Source: Takakia lepidozioides (taxonomy: Eukaryota; Plantae; Bryophyta). Taken from it: 64,000 nucleotides of DNA. Shown here in pieces: positions 1 through 13,488 of the stretch. The stretch spans positions 76,384,001 to 76,448,000 of the forward strand of contig CM060732.1 of the NCBI GenBank assembly GCA_030704615.1, in the 5' to 3' direction. Position numbers and translations under genes: made by a program. The notes below the pieces were generated by a model, which had not been told where the DNA came from, ran no database searches, and was given only the letters and a program-made list of their open reading frames with translations. The stretch's first letter is position 1, and the number at the start of each line of letters is the position of its first letter.

Positions 1-1757
1 GGACGTCGTCCTCACTCTCTTTGATAAAATGGCTCTGCAGCCAATTGATATACAGTTCTCTTTTGAGATAATTATGCCCAGGTCACTCAAAACATTTGAC
101 AGGTACTTGAGAAACCCTCGGTTGTCAGATGCAATTTGGTAACTTCCCCCATATATTTTTTTGGGTCTTCTTCAAGTCCAACCAAGCCCTGTTAACACCC
201 ACAGCAGAAAGTGCTCAAGAGCCCAGGCGTCGGATTGATCTGTTATTTTAGCGGAGATCCAAAACCCTAATCCCTAGATTCTCTTCAATCAAACGCTACT
301 CAAACGCTGTACTTGATCCATTTCAATGTGATCCAACACATGCCTATTATCAGAACAAAGGGGAGTCTGCTATGCAATTTACTTCAGTGGTGGAAATCGC
401 CTCAAAATGAGCAACATTTGCTGGTATCTAAGAAGATAGATGTTTGCAAACATCTTACCAGAAGGATTCTGCAGGGGCCAAGAAATCCTTCCCCCTCTAA
501 AATGACATCTAGAAAAGACAGAATGCATTTCATGTGACTATGGACCCACAACGTCCTCAACAGTACAGAAAATAGGTAAACATCAGTCAGAGAGAAAAAC
601 AACAAATGCACCCACCAAAAGCATGGTAATCTTCTTAATTAGCAAATCTATAAACTTATTAAGTACCACTGACAGAACTTTGTCTCTTCATCAAAGCTCC
701 AGAGCTGATTAGTGGTGGTGGTCTCCTCCGTTTGAGACTTGTGTGATGCTGCGAGTTAGCCATTTCCTCGCAGGTCGCTCTCCTGAACGCTTCCAGTCAG
801 ATGGGCAATGTCTTTGGATGTAAGGGGGCAGAGAAAAGTATAAAGAGATGTTGGAATGTCTTCAGGCTCTGAAAAGTTATGAGAAAGTTTGCCTGTGCGG
901 AAATAGGGGTGGTGGGTAGTAGCAGCAATTGCATAGACATTGCAATGCATTGTGAGATATTGAGCAGGCCCGACCACAATCCGAAATTGGTATGTCTTCC
1001 TGACTATCGACAGCTGATCGGCACCCAGGGAAGGATTGTCTTTTTTCGAATGGCCCTCACTCCGGCATATTCAGACTACAAGGACGCATGCGATCAAATA
1101 GCTCAGCTTGCTGATGACCGTTCCATCCTTCAGCCTGGGGCAAAGGGGTAAGGGACTGGTGGTGTTCTTCTGTTCATGAGGTGGTGCAGGTTACTGCCCA
1201 TAGGCATTATATGACACAGCTTGATGGTGTACTCAAGAACGCCATTACAGAGGATCTGGGAAAGAAAAAGTTTAGGTGACACACACTGGAGATGTAGCGG
1301 GCATTTCTCTTTCAAGGTTCAAGCTGCGTGGTCTGGAATCCTAAAGACTATGATCACAGGTGTATATATATATAAATGAAGGAGGGAAATGACACTGATA
1401 TTTTTTTAGGGTTCAAGAAGGTGGTAGCAGCAACTGTGTGGAGAGTAGGGTGGGAAGGCCTTCCTCAAAGGTGGGCGTGGCGCTCAGAAGTGTGCGGTGC
1501 ACTGTCATGAGGTTTTGATCATACTACAGGGACTGTATCCATGCAATCAAACTCAAAAGGTTGACAAAAGTAAATCGGGATAAATCTCATCACATTTGGG
1601 CGATCAACACACAATTCGCTAAGCTAGCTGCAAAAGAAAAAGCACGGATATAGACGGTCAATGAGGAAATAGAACTTTTAGATCAGCAGCGTCAATGTTG
1701 CTGGACAAGGCCTCCTTCCCTCCAACACATATGGGCGTCCTTTTCTGTTGAAGCCTT

Positions 1758-2918
1758 CTAGTCATTAGGCTTTCCTGGCCAGACTGAGTCACTGAACGAG
1801 GGCTCAAACACAAAAAATTTCCTCAAAACTGAGTCCATTCCAGGTATGGTAAGGTTGCTGAGCTCCTGCCAAGAGTTCTTCTCGAAGTCATATACCAACC
1901 CAGAAACAACACCGTCTTGGAAGCCTAGCAAATAGACATTATCCCCTTGCCCCACACATGCACGATTGAAGCCTGGATATCTGAAAGAAGTGAAAGAACA
2001 GTTCATAAGGATCTCAGAAAATCCTTCTAGCGTTGTTCTTCTCACGTGCACCCAATTCTGCTTCTTTGTGCAGAGACGCCAGAAGTCAACATAACCCGGC
2101 AAGCCCAGGCGATCTGCACTGACCTGAAAAAGCTGCCCTTTCCGGGCGATAAGTGTCGCATTGATGGGATAAGGTAGCCTGGGTACGAAAAACTCATTCC
2201 AAATGTCTTGAGCAAAATCGTAGGAAACCAAGTTCCAGTTCCAGGTAAGCTGGTTCCGGAAATACATACCTCCATTACAGTGGATGGCAGCAGCTTCAAA
2301 ATCGGGAAACGCTCTGGATATCGATGTCGATCTCCAGGCATCTACGAACGAGTCAAATATTTGCGTGGCATGGTCAAGCACATCTAACGGACTCGTAGAT
2401 TCGTCCGATGTGACAAGAACTTTAAAGATGTTCAGTTTTATATCATAGCACATGGCTACCTGGAGGATGGGCCACCCACATTTCAAAGGAGGCAACTGCC
2501 GCCATGACCTTGTGAACGGATTAACCACAATAAGCACACGGTCCGGCGCAGACTGCTCACAATTTCTTTGGATCATTATATCTTGCATCAGGCAAACCAA
2601 TCCCCCTGCTGCAGCCACCATACGATATCCGGCCGGCCCAGGATCAAGAAAAGTGAGATCGAACTTGCGCCACGCTTGCTGCTTGGGATTGTACGCCACA
2701 AGAACTTTTCGGTCATTGACGCAGGAAAACCAAACTAGGAAAGCCTTTTCTGATGAAGGCGGCGCTTGTGGGAAGTTTGGTCCGCCGCTCTGCGAAAGTA
2801 TGAGTGCGTTCCATCTCTTGGACAGGCAACGCATCCCCAGCAGATCTAACAGCGGCAACTTAGATATTACGCGAGCCAGCAGGTCCTCCGGTAGCATCTT
2901 CCACAGTCTCGGGTCCAT
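1758..2918 (-). CDS. F-box protein with kelch-like/beta-propeller C-terminus (intronless, 386 aa)
   Basis: Uninterrupted ORF. N-terminal F-box (LWKMLPEDLLARVISKLPLLDLLGMRCLSKRWNALI) followed by plant F-box-associated motifs (AAAGGLVC, VVNPFTRSWRQLPP, IFDSFVDAW, YDFAQDIW, YDFEKNSW). Confidence 0.9.
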   Translation of the reverse strand: MDPRLWKMLPEDLLARVISKLPLLDLLGMRCLSKRWNALILSQSGGPNFPQAPPSSEKAFLVWFSCVNDRKVLVAYNPKQQAWRKFDLTFLDPGPAGYRMVAAAGGLVCLMQDIMIQRNCEQSAPDRVLIVVNPFTRSWRQLPPLKCGWPILQVAMCYDIKLNIFKVLVTSDESTSPLDVLDHATQIFDSFVDAWRSTSISRAFPDFEAAAIHCNGGMYFRNQLTWNWNLVSYDFAQDIWNEFFVPRLPYPINATLIARKGQLFQVSADRLGLPGYVDFWRLCTKKQNWVHVRRTTLEGFSEILMNCSFTSFRYPGFNRACVGQGDNVYLLGFQDGVVSGLVYDFEKNSWQELSNLTIPGMDSVLRKFFVFEPSFSDSVWPGKPND

Positions 2919-4265
2919 TGCACGCTAACCCACAGTCTGAACGAACTAATGTAGATTGACGACGAAGTTCGCTGCCCTCCTAGAGAATGCTTGCGATACT
3001 CAATCTCTACACGCACAGGATCCAGCTGGGAGGAACAGATTGGCGCGAGAAAGGCTGTTGTGACTGGACGGCGCAACACTGAGCCTTGGCCATGCCCATG
3101 TCATATGTGGCAGTCCATGTCGGTGACGTGGCCAATCCTCCTCAGACTCATACCGCCATGTCTCAGTGTCGTGTCTCGGTTGTTATTCCTACGCAGGCAG
3201 AAATTAGAAACTCGGCGTCATTTCCGTGGAGTTTGCAAGGTACTTCGGAGGGTTGATGGCTGTGGCTGCTACGCGTACCCCCTATTTCTATGCGTACATG
3301 TGTGTGCAGCCTCTGGAGCCATTTCCCTCCTCTCCAACCCTCCTGTCGGCCCCACTGATTGGATCTTCTCATAGTGTAGGGTTGCCTGACCTTCAACTCT
3401 CCCCCCAATTGGTCATGGTTACTATATGGTGGGACAATTGCCCAGGTCCTGTTTTAACCCTTAAACGACGACGCACGTCGTTTTTCATCAAAAACGTAAC
3501 TTTCTTGGATGAAGTCAGATGACATTGATAGGCCGCAAAACTAGTAAGTAGAGCGCCGTCAAGAATTTTTCTAAGTAAAGGGGGGTGCAATGCTTGACCC
3601 ATATGGTGCCAGCAGCATTGACCCGGTGACGTGGCCCCTAGTGGTCAACGTGTTTTGCGGCAAGGGGGGGGGATGTACACCGTAATGTCATGCCACTCGG
3701 GCCTGCATATAGGGTGGCATGGCATGTGCCCCGGGGTTGGGTGTCGGCCCGTGTGGAATGGCATAGGGGTGGTGGAGCTCTCGTCTTCCCGCTCTCCTCC
3801 TGTCCTCTCTTTTCTCTCGGACATTATAAAGCACCATTTCATTTCTCTCCTACTCTTCAATGCGAGCTGCAGGTGTGGTCCTCGTTTTGGATGAGAATGT
3901 GCTTTGTTCTTGTGCTTAGCTGGGTTTGACGAGGGCACCGCTCCGTTCTGACACAATGCCTTCATGCAATCTGTGCAGGGCTGCTTTGCAATCCGCCTTG
4001 TTCATTTTGCTAGGCTCCATTTGATGTCGTAGTTGGGTGTTGCCTTCATTGCACACTGCCTTCATGCAATTCTTTTTAGGGATATTTTGTAATCTGCCTT
4101 GTTAATTCTTGTGTGCTCGATTACAGCTCTGTCAAGTTATTTCACCACTTGCATTATTATTATCTCGTGGTTTTTGAGGCAAAGAGGGCCAGAGTCAGCA
4201 ATTCGTCAGGAGATTGGGTCAGTGACAAAGCGGTCCATAATCGTGTAGCAGATGTTGTCTTTCAG

Positions 4266-4334
4266 GTGGGCAATACACCCCTTATTCGTCTCAATGCAGC
4301 ATCAAAAGTTACTGGTTGTGAAATATATGACAAG
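4266..4334 (+). pseudogene. Isolated cysteine synthase (PLP-dependent) exon
   Basis: 69-bp segment between ttcAG and GTacaa encoding VGNTPLIRLNAASKVTGCEIYDK, the typical cysteine synthase N-terminal motif. No further exons recognised nearby. Confidence 0.6.
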
Positions 4335-6367
4335 GTACAAGTCTTAGCCCATCCTTTTTCAAAACCCTTATAAAAATTGCAGCAATGAGTTTGACTGTAG
4401 GCCTATTGAAACAATTCTGCACGCCTATGTGAAATTAGCAATAACTACCAATTATTTTTTTGTTGTGCTTGTGCCTAAGCCATGCATGTGTGCTCACAGT
4501 AAAAATCTTATTTTTGGGGTTGTTAGAGATTACAGTTGTTGTTGTGATTGTAACTCCGAATTAGATGTAGATGCTACAGATGACAGGGTCTGTCAAATTA
4601 TGAATAATTAGGCCACAACTGCTAACCTAAATTGAACTTACCAGTCTGAGATAAGAACAGCACATCCGTGCCTGGGGGGCACTCCTTATGATTTTGGTAG
4701 ACAGGTGAGATAAAAAGGGTATTTTCTTGGGGAGTATTTTTTTTTAATTTTTTCCACATCCTATAATTAAATAATTTTCTAATATACAACATTTTTCAGT
4801 AGGTTATTTTTTAAATATTTAGCAGCAACCATGAATATTAGTTATGCTATATTAATATAAAAAATAAAAAATAAATTTTTACGAAGCAAAAATTTGTATT
4901 GTACATTCTCATGCAAACTTGCATTTTACATATCATTATTTGTGAGAAACAAACTCATCTAGAGCGTCACTATCGACATCATGTATACATTCTGACTCTA
5001 TCGTAAGTCATAGTTATTGAGCTAATAATAAAATCAATATCTATTTATTTACTATCAATGACATCGTACTTGAACTTCGGATGCCCTCTAGACTTAGAGA
5101 AGTAATTTAATAGTACCATGATAGTGGTTGCTGATTTATAAGTATTGGCTGACGGGAGATCCCCCATCTAGTGCCCACCTTCATCCACCTTCATCCTCAT
5201 CTTCTGTATCCTGCCTATCCACTAGGTACCATGATCCACACCAGCAGAAACTGATGTTGTGCACCCCTTCGGCCTCCCTTACCTTTATTTCTACTCAATA
5301 CAACATTTCCACTTGCATCCATAGAGTGCTTGACACGTGTCTTTCAAAAATACCTCCAGCCTATGAGTAATTCTAAATAAAATGTAATTGGAGCCTTTAA
5401 CCTCTACCATATATTCGTTTAAATACTCCGCCTATATTTCTCATACTCTATATTACTCTTAAAAATGTTCTAATTTTTACTTGTAGAGAATATATGGCAC
5501 CCTATATTTTTTTGCGCGTTAGGTGGTAATTTTTGAAAGTGGATCCCCCTAGATCCAATTTATCCCAAAAACCCAATGATAGAGAACCTCCCCAAATCTT
5601 TGGCCCAGTTCAAAAACCTGCAGGTGGAGATATTATGAATTTCTCCAAGATCCAGGGTGGAGAATTTCTCTACTTTTCCAAATTCATGGATGGAAACCTC
5701 CCCATATCTCTCTCCACTTGGGGATTTTGAAGAATAATCCACATTCTCCACGGAGATGGAAGAATTTCTCTCACTTAGTACAAATCGGGCCTGGAGATTT
5801 ATGCGGATTTCTGTTCAAAATCTCCAGGTGAAGAAACTTCAAAACCTCCTTGTGATATATATACCAACAAAGGGGGGCATGTATGGAGAAGTGTCGTCAT
5901 ATGTCCAGCCTGATCAGCCTGATCGAGGAGTGGCCACCATGATTGTCTGGAACTGTGGTGGAAACGATGTATATAGGAAGTACGATAAAAATTTAGAAAA
6001 TCAAATTTTTGGAACAACTCATGTGGGGAATGTTTCATTCCTTCTTGGAGTGGAGTAAACGATGTGAGAAATATACTATGTCGGGAAAGGATATTTTGAT
6101 TCCCTTGTGACCAATAAAACATATGGCAAAACGTATCTCTTCACCACGAGGGAAAGAACACCATCTTTGATTTCCCCCCTTTGGAAAAATGTACTCCTTC
6201 ACCATGTGGGAATATGTAAAGTTGCTTGTACCTTTACCTCCAACAAAAGTGGGAAATGAAAATTTTCACCTTTGTTGCACAATTCCCTATGACATGCAAT
6301 TTTATAGCTATTCACTAGGGAACAAGTTGGTTTTTCCCCAAAGGAAACTCTCCAAATCCTCTTTGTG

Positions 6368-6515
6368 CACAATGTTGACGAGGTCATGGGGGCCGACTAC
6401 TTGGGGTGCAATGCTGCTTTTCCCTTGGCTACCTACACCAGGTCCCATACCAGTGTGACTCTCTCTAAAGCAGGCACATTCTATTTCGACAGTGAAGCAC
6501 CCGGCGATTGTGAAA
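6368..6515 (+). pseudogene. Phytocyanin (plastocyanin-like / ENODL) domain fragment
   Basis: HNVDEVMGADYLGCNAAFPLATYTRSHTSVTLSKAGTFYFDSEAPGDCE matches the phytocyanin pattern HxV.EV...DY..C.....L...G.YYF....GHC. Truncated and runs into satellite. Confidence 0.7.
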
Positions 6516-6974
6516 GAAAAAAATCATTTTCATGGTCAACCATTCGATTGCCCATTGAATGAATTTCGTTTGATCTCATATTTGTCCAGGACCTTTCCGA
6601 TGGTATGTAGAGCATACTGGAAAAGTTTCAAAGCAAACAAAAAATCATTGGATTAGCAACGAGTCGATACACCTCAATACCACCCGCTGAAGCTTCTTCC
6701 ATGTGTTGCTTTGTCTTTTGAACATACTAGCAAAGTTTGAAAAGAAACAAAATCATGTGGATGGGCAATCATTCGTTGGCCATTTCAATCAATTTCGATT
6801 CATCTCATATTAGTCTACAACATGTCGGATTGTGCGTAGAATACACTGGCAAAGTTTGAAAGGAAACACAAATCATTTTGATGGGCAACCATTTGTTGGC
6901 CCTTTGAATCAATTTCGATTGAACTCACATTAGTCAAGGGCCTGTCGGATGGTGTGTAGAACGTGCCGATAAAG
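6515..6974. repeat. ~120-bp tandem satellite, left part
   Basis: Recurring GCAAAGTTTGAAA.GAAACAAAATCAT..GGATGGGCAACCATT at ~6620, 6730 and 6850. Confidence 0.75.
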
Positions 6975-7418
6975 GAGGTTTGCTATTTCATGAGCATGAG
7001 CGGCATGAGCGGCATGAGCGGAGTAGTAAGACAATCGGTTTTCATGAGCAGAAGTACAAATTTCGAAAATAAAAAACAATAAAAAAAATAATTTAATGCA
7101 ATGTGTCAGGAAAAACAAATATATTATTCAGCCCCTTGAAGGGAAAATTGCAGTTTTGACAGTTGTACTCATGATATTTCGTCTTCCGCTCATGCCAATT
7201 CCCAGCGACATGTGCAAATATGGCGCCGAATTTCGCGGTAATAGGGTCCGTAACCTGGAAAACGACGACGTATTTCGCGGTAATAGGTCTCTCTGGCGAA
7301 AAATGGTGCCGAATTCCGCGGCTATAGGTCCCCTCATGACAGGTAATTCGGCGCCATTTTTCCAGTGAATGTTCGGACTTAGCCAGTTCGGACTTAGCAT
7401 GTTCGGACGTGCAACTCA

Positions 7419-9529
7419 CTTCCCGCATATAGTCGCCGAACTGGAGGAAACGATAATGCCACCATGCTAGCCAACTGACCATTGCTCCCTCGTCTGATTT
7501 CCTTACAGCACCTGACGATGTCCACGAAGCCCGTATGCATGCAAACTGTGTCTCTGCATCATCCAAGGTAGGAGCGCGCTTCCACGCAAGGCACATGGAA
7601 CGGTGCTCCTCTCTGAAATCTGGCGCCATGAGCCTGGTTGTGTACTGCGAAAGGCTCTGCAGAAAATGGAACCCGCAAGATCTCTCCTTGCCTTCCATGG
7701 GAACATTGGGGTCTTGTCCGTACACCCTTCGGATGGCAGCCCAATTTGCTTGTGCGTTGTCCGCCATGAAACCACGGAAATTCAGAGGGGGCAATCCCGC
7801 CTTGGCCATCTGTTCGTTTATTCCTGCCAAAGAAGCATCTCCGATTGTGTGTCCTCTCCTTTCATCTCACAAATAGCAATTGTCATCAGCATCCTGTAGT
7901 GGGTGTCGTAGACATGTGCACCCATTGTCACCCACTGGTGATTTGTAATTCGCTTGATATGGTCGAACATGACCCAACTGTTTGACAAGTTCCTACTCGT
8001 CATCCTGTCGACCAGTTCGACGCCGCTGCCAGGTCCACACGTAGACATTTTGAATATGAAACAACGATCTGCCTCAGTCCCTTGTCCTGGAAACCTACTT
8101 CCATGAATGTAGTCATATCCACATCGTCGCTTCACCTCCAGAATGGCCCAGAATGGAGTGCATATCCGAGCCACGCCCAATTTTCTATTTGCATGAGACA
8201 ATGTGGTTTCGGACATTCGGTGAACATACGTGGGACACCGACTCCAGCAATGCCTCCATTTCCTTCTCGTCGAGAGGAACTCTATCGGAGCCGTCTTCCG
8301 ACATAATTCTGGCCAATGCCATCTTATGGGCGGCTTGGAGCTGTATCTTTTTGGGTTTGGCACCCGGTCTCAATTTAACCTCCTCCTGAACGAGCTGCTC
8401 TGCTTCGTGGGCAGCCTCCCGCGAGTTCCCCCTCGCCAATTTGTGACAATGGGAACCAACGTGTATGCAAGCTCGGGTGAGGTCAGGGAAACGGTGCAAC
8501 ACATAGAACTGCTTGGCATTACAAACAGACATGCAGTGTGGTGGTTCTTTGCAATGCGCACACTTAAATGTGGAGTTCGGAACCTTCTCCTGAGCTCGAA
8601 ATGGTTGATGAGCTGTGCCTGTCCAATCGGTCTCGTTCCTGTGACCTCTGGATTTAAAGTGGAAGCAAGTTGGGGAGAAACACCGCAACGCGCCCGCACA
8701 AACAACGTAGCGCACCCGCACACCATCGAGCATCTTCATGCTGGTGGTTTGGTAACGCACCAAGGATGACCGTCATGTTTTCTATCCATATCTGTCAACA
8801 TTCCGGACGCCCTCGAGTAGTCCGCCCGAGGAGGGAACTCAAAGAAGATATTACCGTCGACGTCGGCGGGAAGGCATGTAACCGATTTAATTGCGAACTT
8901 GCTGTAGTCCAGCCCGGCCAGCTCCGACCGGTGTCCCTCCAGGTGAAGCCCTCGCAGAATTTCAAGAATAGATCGAACTGCGGTGCTCGTGCTGGAATAT
9001 GACTCCCTCCTCCACTGACGTCCATTGAGGACTTGCCTGATCTCCAAGACAACCTCGGAACTTCCATGACCTCGTCTGAGTCGGACAGGTTGTGAACAAC
9101 CCAGTTCTGGCTCGTCTTCATGGATGGGTTCGGCTCTGGATTTACTTCGTTGCGGACTTCTCTCTTTGAGGTAGCCACTCTCTGATTCGCGGATTGTTTC
9201 GTGGAAGGCGCCAGGATAGAAGGTGCATTTGGCAGGCAAATGAAGTCCCCAACAGCCCTGTATATGACGCTGTCCAATGGTGGAACTCGCCATTCCCTGC
9301 CATCGCCGAAATCATCGTGGAGCACAACAATACTCTCGACAACAAGGCCGTTAGAGTCCTTCCTTTCCTCCTCCAAAAAAACCGACCCCGGTTTCAGGTG
9401 GTATCGAATGCACAGATATTTCTCCATCACCCGGCAGGTGTCCCCTCTGCACGAGAATGAAGCTCTATGCTCGTGAGGAGGGCAGTACATTGTAGCGCTC
9501 GGGTTTTCCGCCATGGGAGATGTGCACAC
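7419..9529 (-). pseudogene. MULE transposase, frameshifted and 3'-truncated
   Basis: Consecutive frames give a WRKY/GCM1-like Zn domain (DGHPW..CAGALRC..C..CAHC..C..HVGSHCH), first catalytic D (WVMFDH), second D (FMADNAQAN) and CxxH (CGFH). Frameshifts near 8760, 8190 and 7830. Probable splice donor GTGAGT at 7418; the exon with the catalytic E was not found. Confidence 0.8.
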
Positions 9530-9819
9530 AAGACTCCCAGGATGGAGTGCGGGGAAGCTCCCTGGTAAAAGGGGGATGCAGCGATGGGAATGAATGCGAT
9601 GCCGATTTGTCCGAGCGACAAAGCCTGATCCAAATCCAGGGAGCCAACTATCTCAAAAATCCACAGTCAGAGTGTTAATGAACCTTGTCTCCGGAATGCG
9701 GCCCCTGGTCTTTGCGCAATAACTGCCAACGGTATGTAGACAGAAAGTGGGGGGCCGTCCGGATGATGACAGCTGAAGGGGAGAAGCCGGCACCGTGTCG
9801 TCACATTACTACCCCCGAA

Positions 9820-10490
9820 TGGAAATTCGGCACCCAATATCCAACAAGGGAAGCCCGGATGAAGTCGCCTTGGGCGCAGAGGCCGGCGCGTGTGCGACAG
9901 AGAACATCCCCTGGATGGAGATTCGGCGCCGAATTTCCATCCGGGCCCCCCAAAGGAAGTTGTGTCGGGGGGTCAGGCCGAAAACTGGCCGGCATAGAAA
10001 CATCCCCAGATGGAAAAACGGCGCCGAATTTCCATCCGGGGCGGTTCGGATGCAGTCGGGGAGGGGGGAGAGGCCGGCACTTGGCCGTCACATTTCAACC
10101 CCCGGACGGAAATTCGGCACCGAATATCGAACAGGGGACGCCCGGATGAAGTCGCCTCGGGCGTAGAGGTCGGCACGTGTTCGACAGAGAGCATCCCTTG
10201 GATGGAGATTCGGCGCCGAATTTCCATCCGGGCCCCCCCAAGGAAGTCTTGTCGGGGTGTCAGACTGAAAACTGGCCGACATAAAAACCTCCCCAGATGG
10301 GAAAACGGCGCCGAATTTCAATCCGGGGCCGTTCCAATGCGGTTGGGGAGGGGGGAGAGGTCGGCACCTGGCCGTCATATTTCAACCGCCGGACGGAAAT
10401 TCGGCACCGAATATCCAACAGAGCGGCGGAGAGGCCGGCACCTCTCCGACAGAGACCAGCCCCCGGATGGAAATTCGGCGCCGAATTTCC
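9820..10490. repeat. ~286-bp tandem duplication inside the MULE
   Basis: GATGAAGTCGCCT at 9859 and 10145; CCCAGATGG at 10006 and 10292; a partial third unit follows. Confidence 0.8.
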
Positions 10491-11330
10491 ATCCAGCAGG
10501 TAAGTGAAATCCCGGATCGATCGAAATCCGGCGCCGAATTTCCATCCAGCAGGTAAGTTGAATCCCGGATGGATGGAAATCCGGCGCCGAATTTCCATCC
10601 AGCAGGTAAGTCGGATCGCTGGCGTATGGATATTCGGCGCCGAATTTCCATTCGCCAGGTATTTCTTCGCTGAGAATTACCTTCCTGTAGGTAATTCTGA
10701 TCGATGAATTACCTTCCTGCAGGTAATTCTCAGCGATGAATTACCTTCCTGCAGGTAATTCTTATCGACGAAGGTAGGAAGGTAATTCCTCGCTCAGAAT
10801 TACCTGCAGGAAGGTAATTCTCAGCGATGAAATACCTGGCGAATGGAAATTCGGCGCCGGATTTCGATCCATCCGGGATTCCAGTAACCTGCTGGATGGA
10901 AATGCGGCGCCGAATTTCCATCCATCCGGGATTCGAATTACCTGCTGGACGGAAATTCGGCGCCGAATTTCCATCCATCTGGGATTCGAATTACCTGCAG
11001 GATGGAAATTCGGCGCCGAATTTCCATCCATCCGGGATTCCACTTACCTGCTGGATGGAAATCCGGCGCCGAATTTCCATCCATCCGGGATTCCACTTAC
11101 CTGCTGGATGGAAATCCGGCGCCGAATTTCCATCCATCCGGGATTCCACTTACCTGCAGGATGGAAATCCGGTGCCGGATCTCCATCCATCCGCTCTCCG
11201 ACCAACCTTGCGGATGGAAATCCGGTGCCGGATTTCCATCCATCCGCTCTTCGAATTACCTGCATGACGGAAATTTTGCGCGCCGACCTAGCTGGCGGAT
11301 GGACATCTGCTCTTCGAATTACCTGCATGA
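10466..11330. repeat. Palindromic ~52-bp units arranged as a foldback centred near 10747
   Basis: Unit core is the 30-bp palindrome GGATGGAAATTCGGCGCCGAATTTCCATCC. 10637-10720 is the near reverse complement of 10774-10858. Confidence 0.85.
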
Positions 11331-12139
11331 CTGGAAAAATGGCGCCGAATTTCCGATTTTGGTGCCAGTCAGATCTGGGACTTAGCCATTTTCGGCCCCG
11401 GAATGGAAAAATGGCGCCAAAAAAAAAAAAAAAAAAACGCCATTTGTCCAGTTCGGGGCCGAAAACGGCTAAGTCCCAGATCTGACTGGCACCCAAAATC
11501 GGAAATTCGGCGCCATTTTTCCAGTCATGCAGGTAATTCGAAGAGCGGATGGATGGAAATCCGGCGCCATATTTTCATCCATCCGCTCTTCGAATTACCT
11601 GCATGACGGAAATTTTGCGCGCCGACTTACCTGGTGGATGGAAATCCGGCGCCGGATTTCCATCCATCCGCTCTTCGAATTACCTGCATGACTGGAAAAA
11701 TGGCGCCGAATTTCCGATTTTGGTGCCAGTCAGATCTGGGACTTAGCCATTTTCGGCAACGAAATGGAAAAATGTCGCCGAAAAAAAAAAAAAAACGCCT
11801 TTTTTTTTAGTTCGGGGCCGAAAACGGCTGAGTCCCAGATCTGACCGGCACCCAAAATCGGAAATTCGGCGCCATTTTTCCAATCATGCGGGTAATTCGA
11901 AGAGCGGATGGATGGAAATCCGGCGCCGGATTTTCATCCATCCGCTCTTCGAATTACCTGCATGACGGAAATTTTGCGCGCCGACTTACCTGGTGGATGG
12001 AAATCCGGCGCCGGATTTCCATCCATCCGCTCTTCGAATTACCTGCATGACTGGAAAAATGGCGCCGAATTTCCGATTTTGTTGCCAGTCAGATCTGGGA
12101 CTTAGCCATTTTCGGCCCCGAAATGGAAAAATGGCGCCG

Positions 12140-12179
<40 letters not shown>

Positions 12180-12815
12180 GCCATTTTTTCCAGTTCGGGG
12201 CCGAAAACGGCTAAGTCTCAGATCTGACTGGCACCCAAAATCGGAAATTCGGCGCCATTTTTCCATTTTTGGTCCCAGTCAGATCTGGGACTTAGCCATT
12301 TTCGGCCCCGAACTAGATAAATGGCGCCGGAAAAAAAAAAAAAAAAAAAAACGATATTTTTCCAGTTCGGGGCCGAAAACGGCTAAGTCCCAGATCTGAC
12401 TGGCACCCAAAATCGGAAATTCGGCGCCATTTTTCCAGTTCTGGGCCCAGTCAGATCTGGGACTTAGCCATTTTCGGCCCGAACTGGAAAAATGGCGCGA
12501 AAAAAAAAAAAAAAAAAAAAAAAACGCCATTTTTCCAGTTTGGGGTCGAAAACGGCTTAGTCCCAGATCTGACTGGCACCCAAAATCGGAAATTCGGCGC
12601 CATTTTTCCAGTTCGGGGCCCAGTCAGATCTGGGACTTAGCCATTTTCGGCCCCGAAATGGAAAAATGGCGCCATTTTTCCAGTTCCGGGCCCCGAAAAT
12701 AGCTAAGTCCCTACGATGGCTGGAACCGCAACTGGAAATTCGACACCATTTTTCCAGTTCCGCGCCCTATCAGATCTGGAACTTAGCCATTTTCGGCCCC
12801 GAACTGGAAAAATGG
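11331..12815. repeat. Tandem hairpins with poly(A) loops (~360-bp, then ~175-bp period); resumes at 13324-13615
   Basis: CCAGTCAGATCTGGGACTTAGCCATTTTCGGCCCCG ... A(n) ... CGGGGCCGAAAACGGCTAAGTCCCAGATCTGACTGG. Units begin at ~11331, 11691 and 12051. Confidence 0.85.
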
Positions 12816-12819
12816 AAGT

Positions 12820-13323
12820 TGAAGACTCCCACAAGCTGAAACCATACTCCACACATGCACCACTTGCTTCCTTAACACCCGAGCTCTTCTTGAACTCCTC
12901 AAACCCTGCAACACTTACAGAACAAGAGCTTCTTCACAAGCTCTCAAACTTTCAATGATGCTCTTCTTGAAGACCTCCTCTTGTACATAAACACCACAAG
13001 ACTTTCTTCTTGCAAACCCTGCAACAGCTTGTAACTTAAGAGCTATCTATCAAGCTCTCTTCCACACACAAGTGTTAACTATGCTAACACCTTGCACTTA
13101 TAGATGTAAGCAGGTCTTTTTCTAGTGATACGGAAATGGTGAAAAGAGGAGAAACCATTCTATCACGTTATATAAGTCAAGCCAATGGCACATTTGCTAA
13201 AAGACTCCACCATACAGACCTCACCCACTCTCCATCTCAAGTACTAGAGCGACTTCAATTGGCTCAACTTTTGTTTGACCACATGTTTTTTGAAAGCAGA
13301 GGCATAGCCAGTGGGTACTTTCA
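12820..13323. mobile_element. Probable solo LTR nested in the MULE repeat block
   Basis: Unique ~500 bp interrupting the array. TG...CA ends with imperfect inverted repeats (TGAAGACTCCCAC / GTGGGTACTTTCA) and TATA-like motifs. No TSD seen. Confidence 0.45.
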
Positions 13324-13454
13324 GGGCCGAAAATGGCTAAGTCCCTAGGGTGGCTGGCACCAAAATCGGAAATTCGGCGCCATTTTTCCAGTTCCGGGCC
13401 CAGTCAGATCTGGGACTTAGCCATTTTAGGCCCCGAACTGGTAAAATGGCACCG

Positions 13455-13488
<34 letters not shown>

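Noticed and set aside
300-1340. Coding-like sequence at the window start
   Set aside because: Short broken frames with no recognisable domain; possibly an old pseudogene but cannot be supported.
9685-12530. Many ORFs such as MEIRRRISI...
   Set aside because: Artefacts of translating palindromic tandem repeats.
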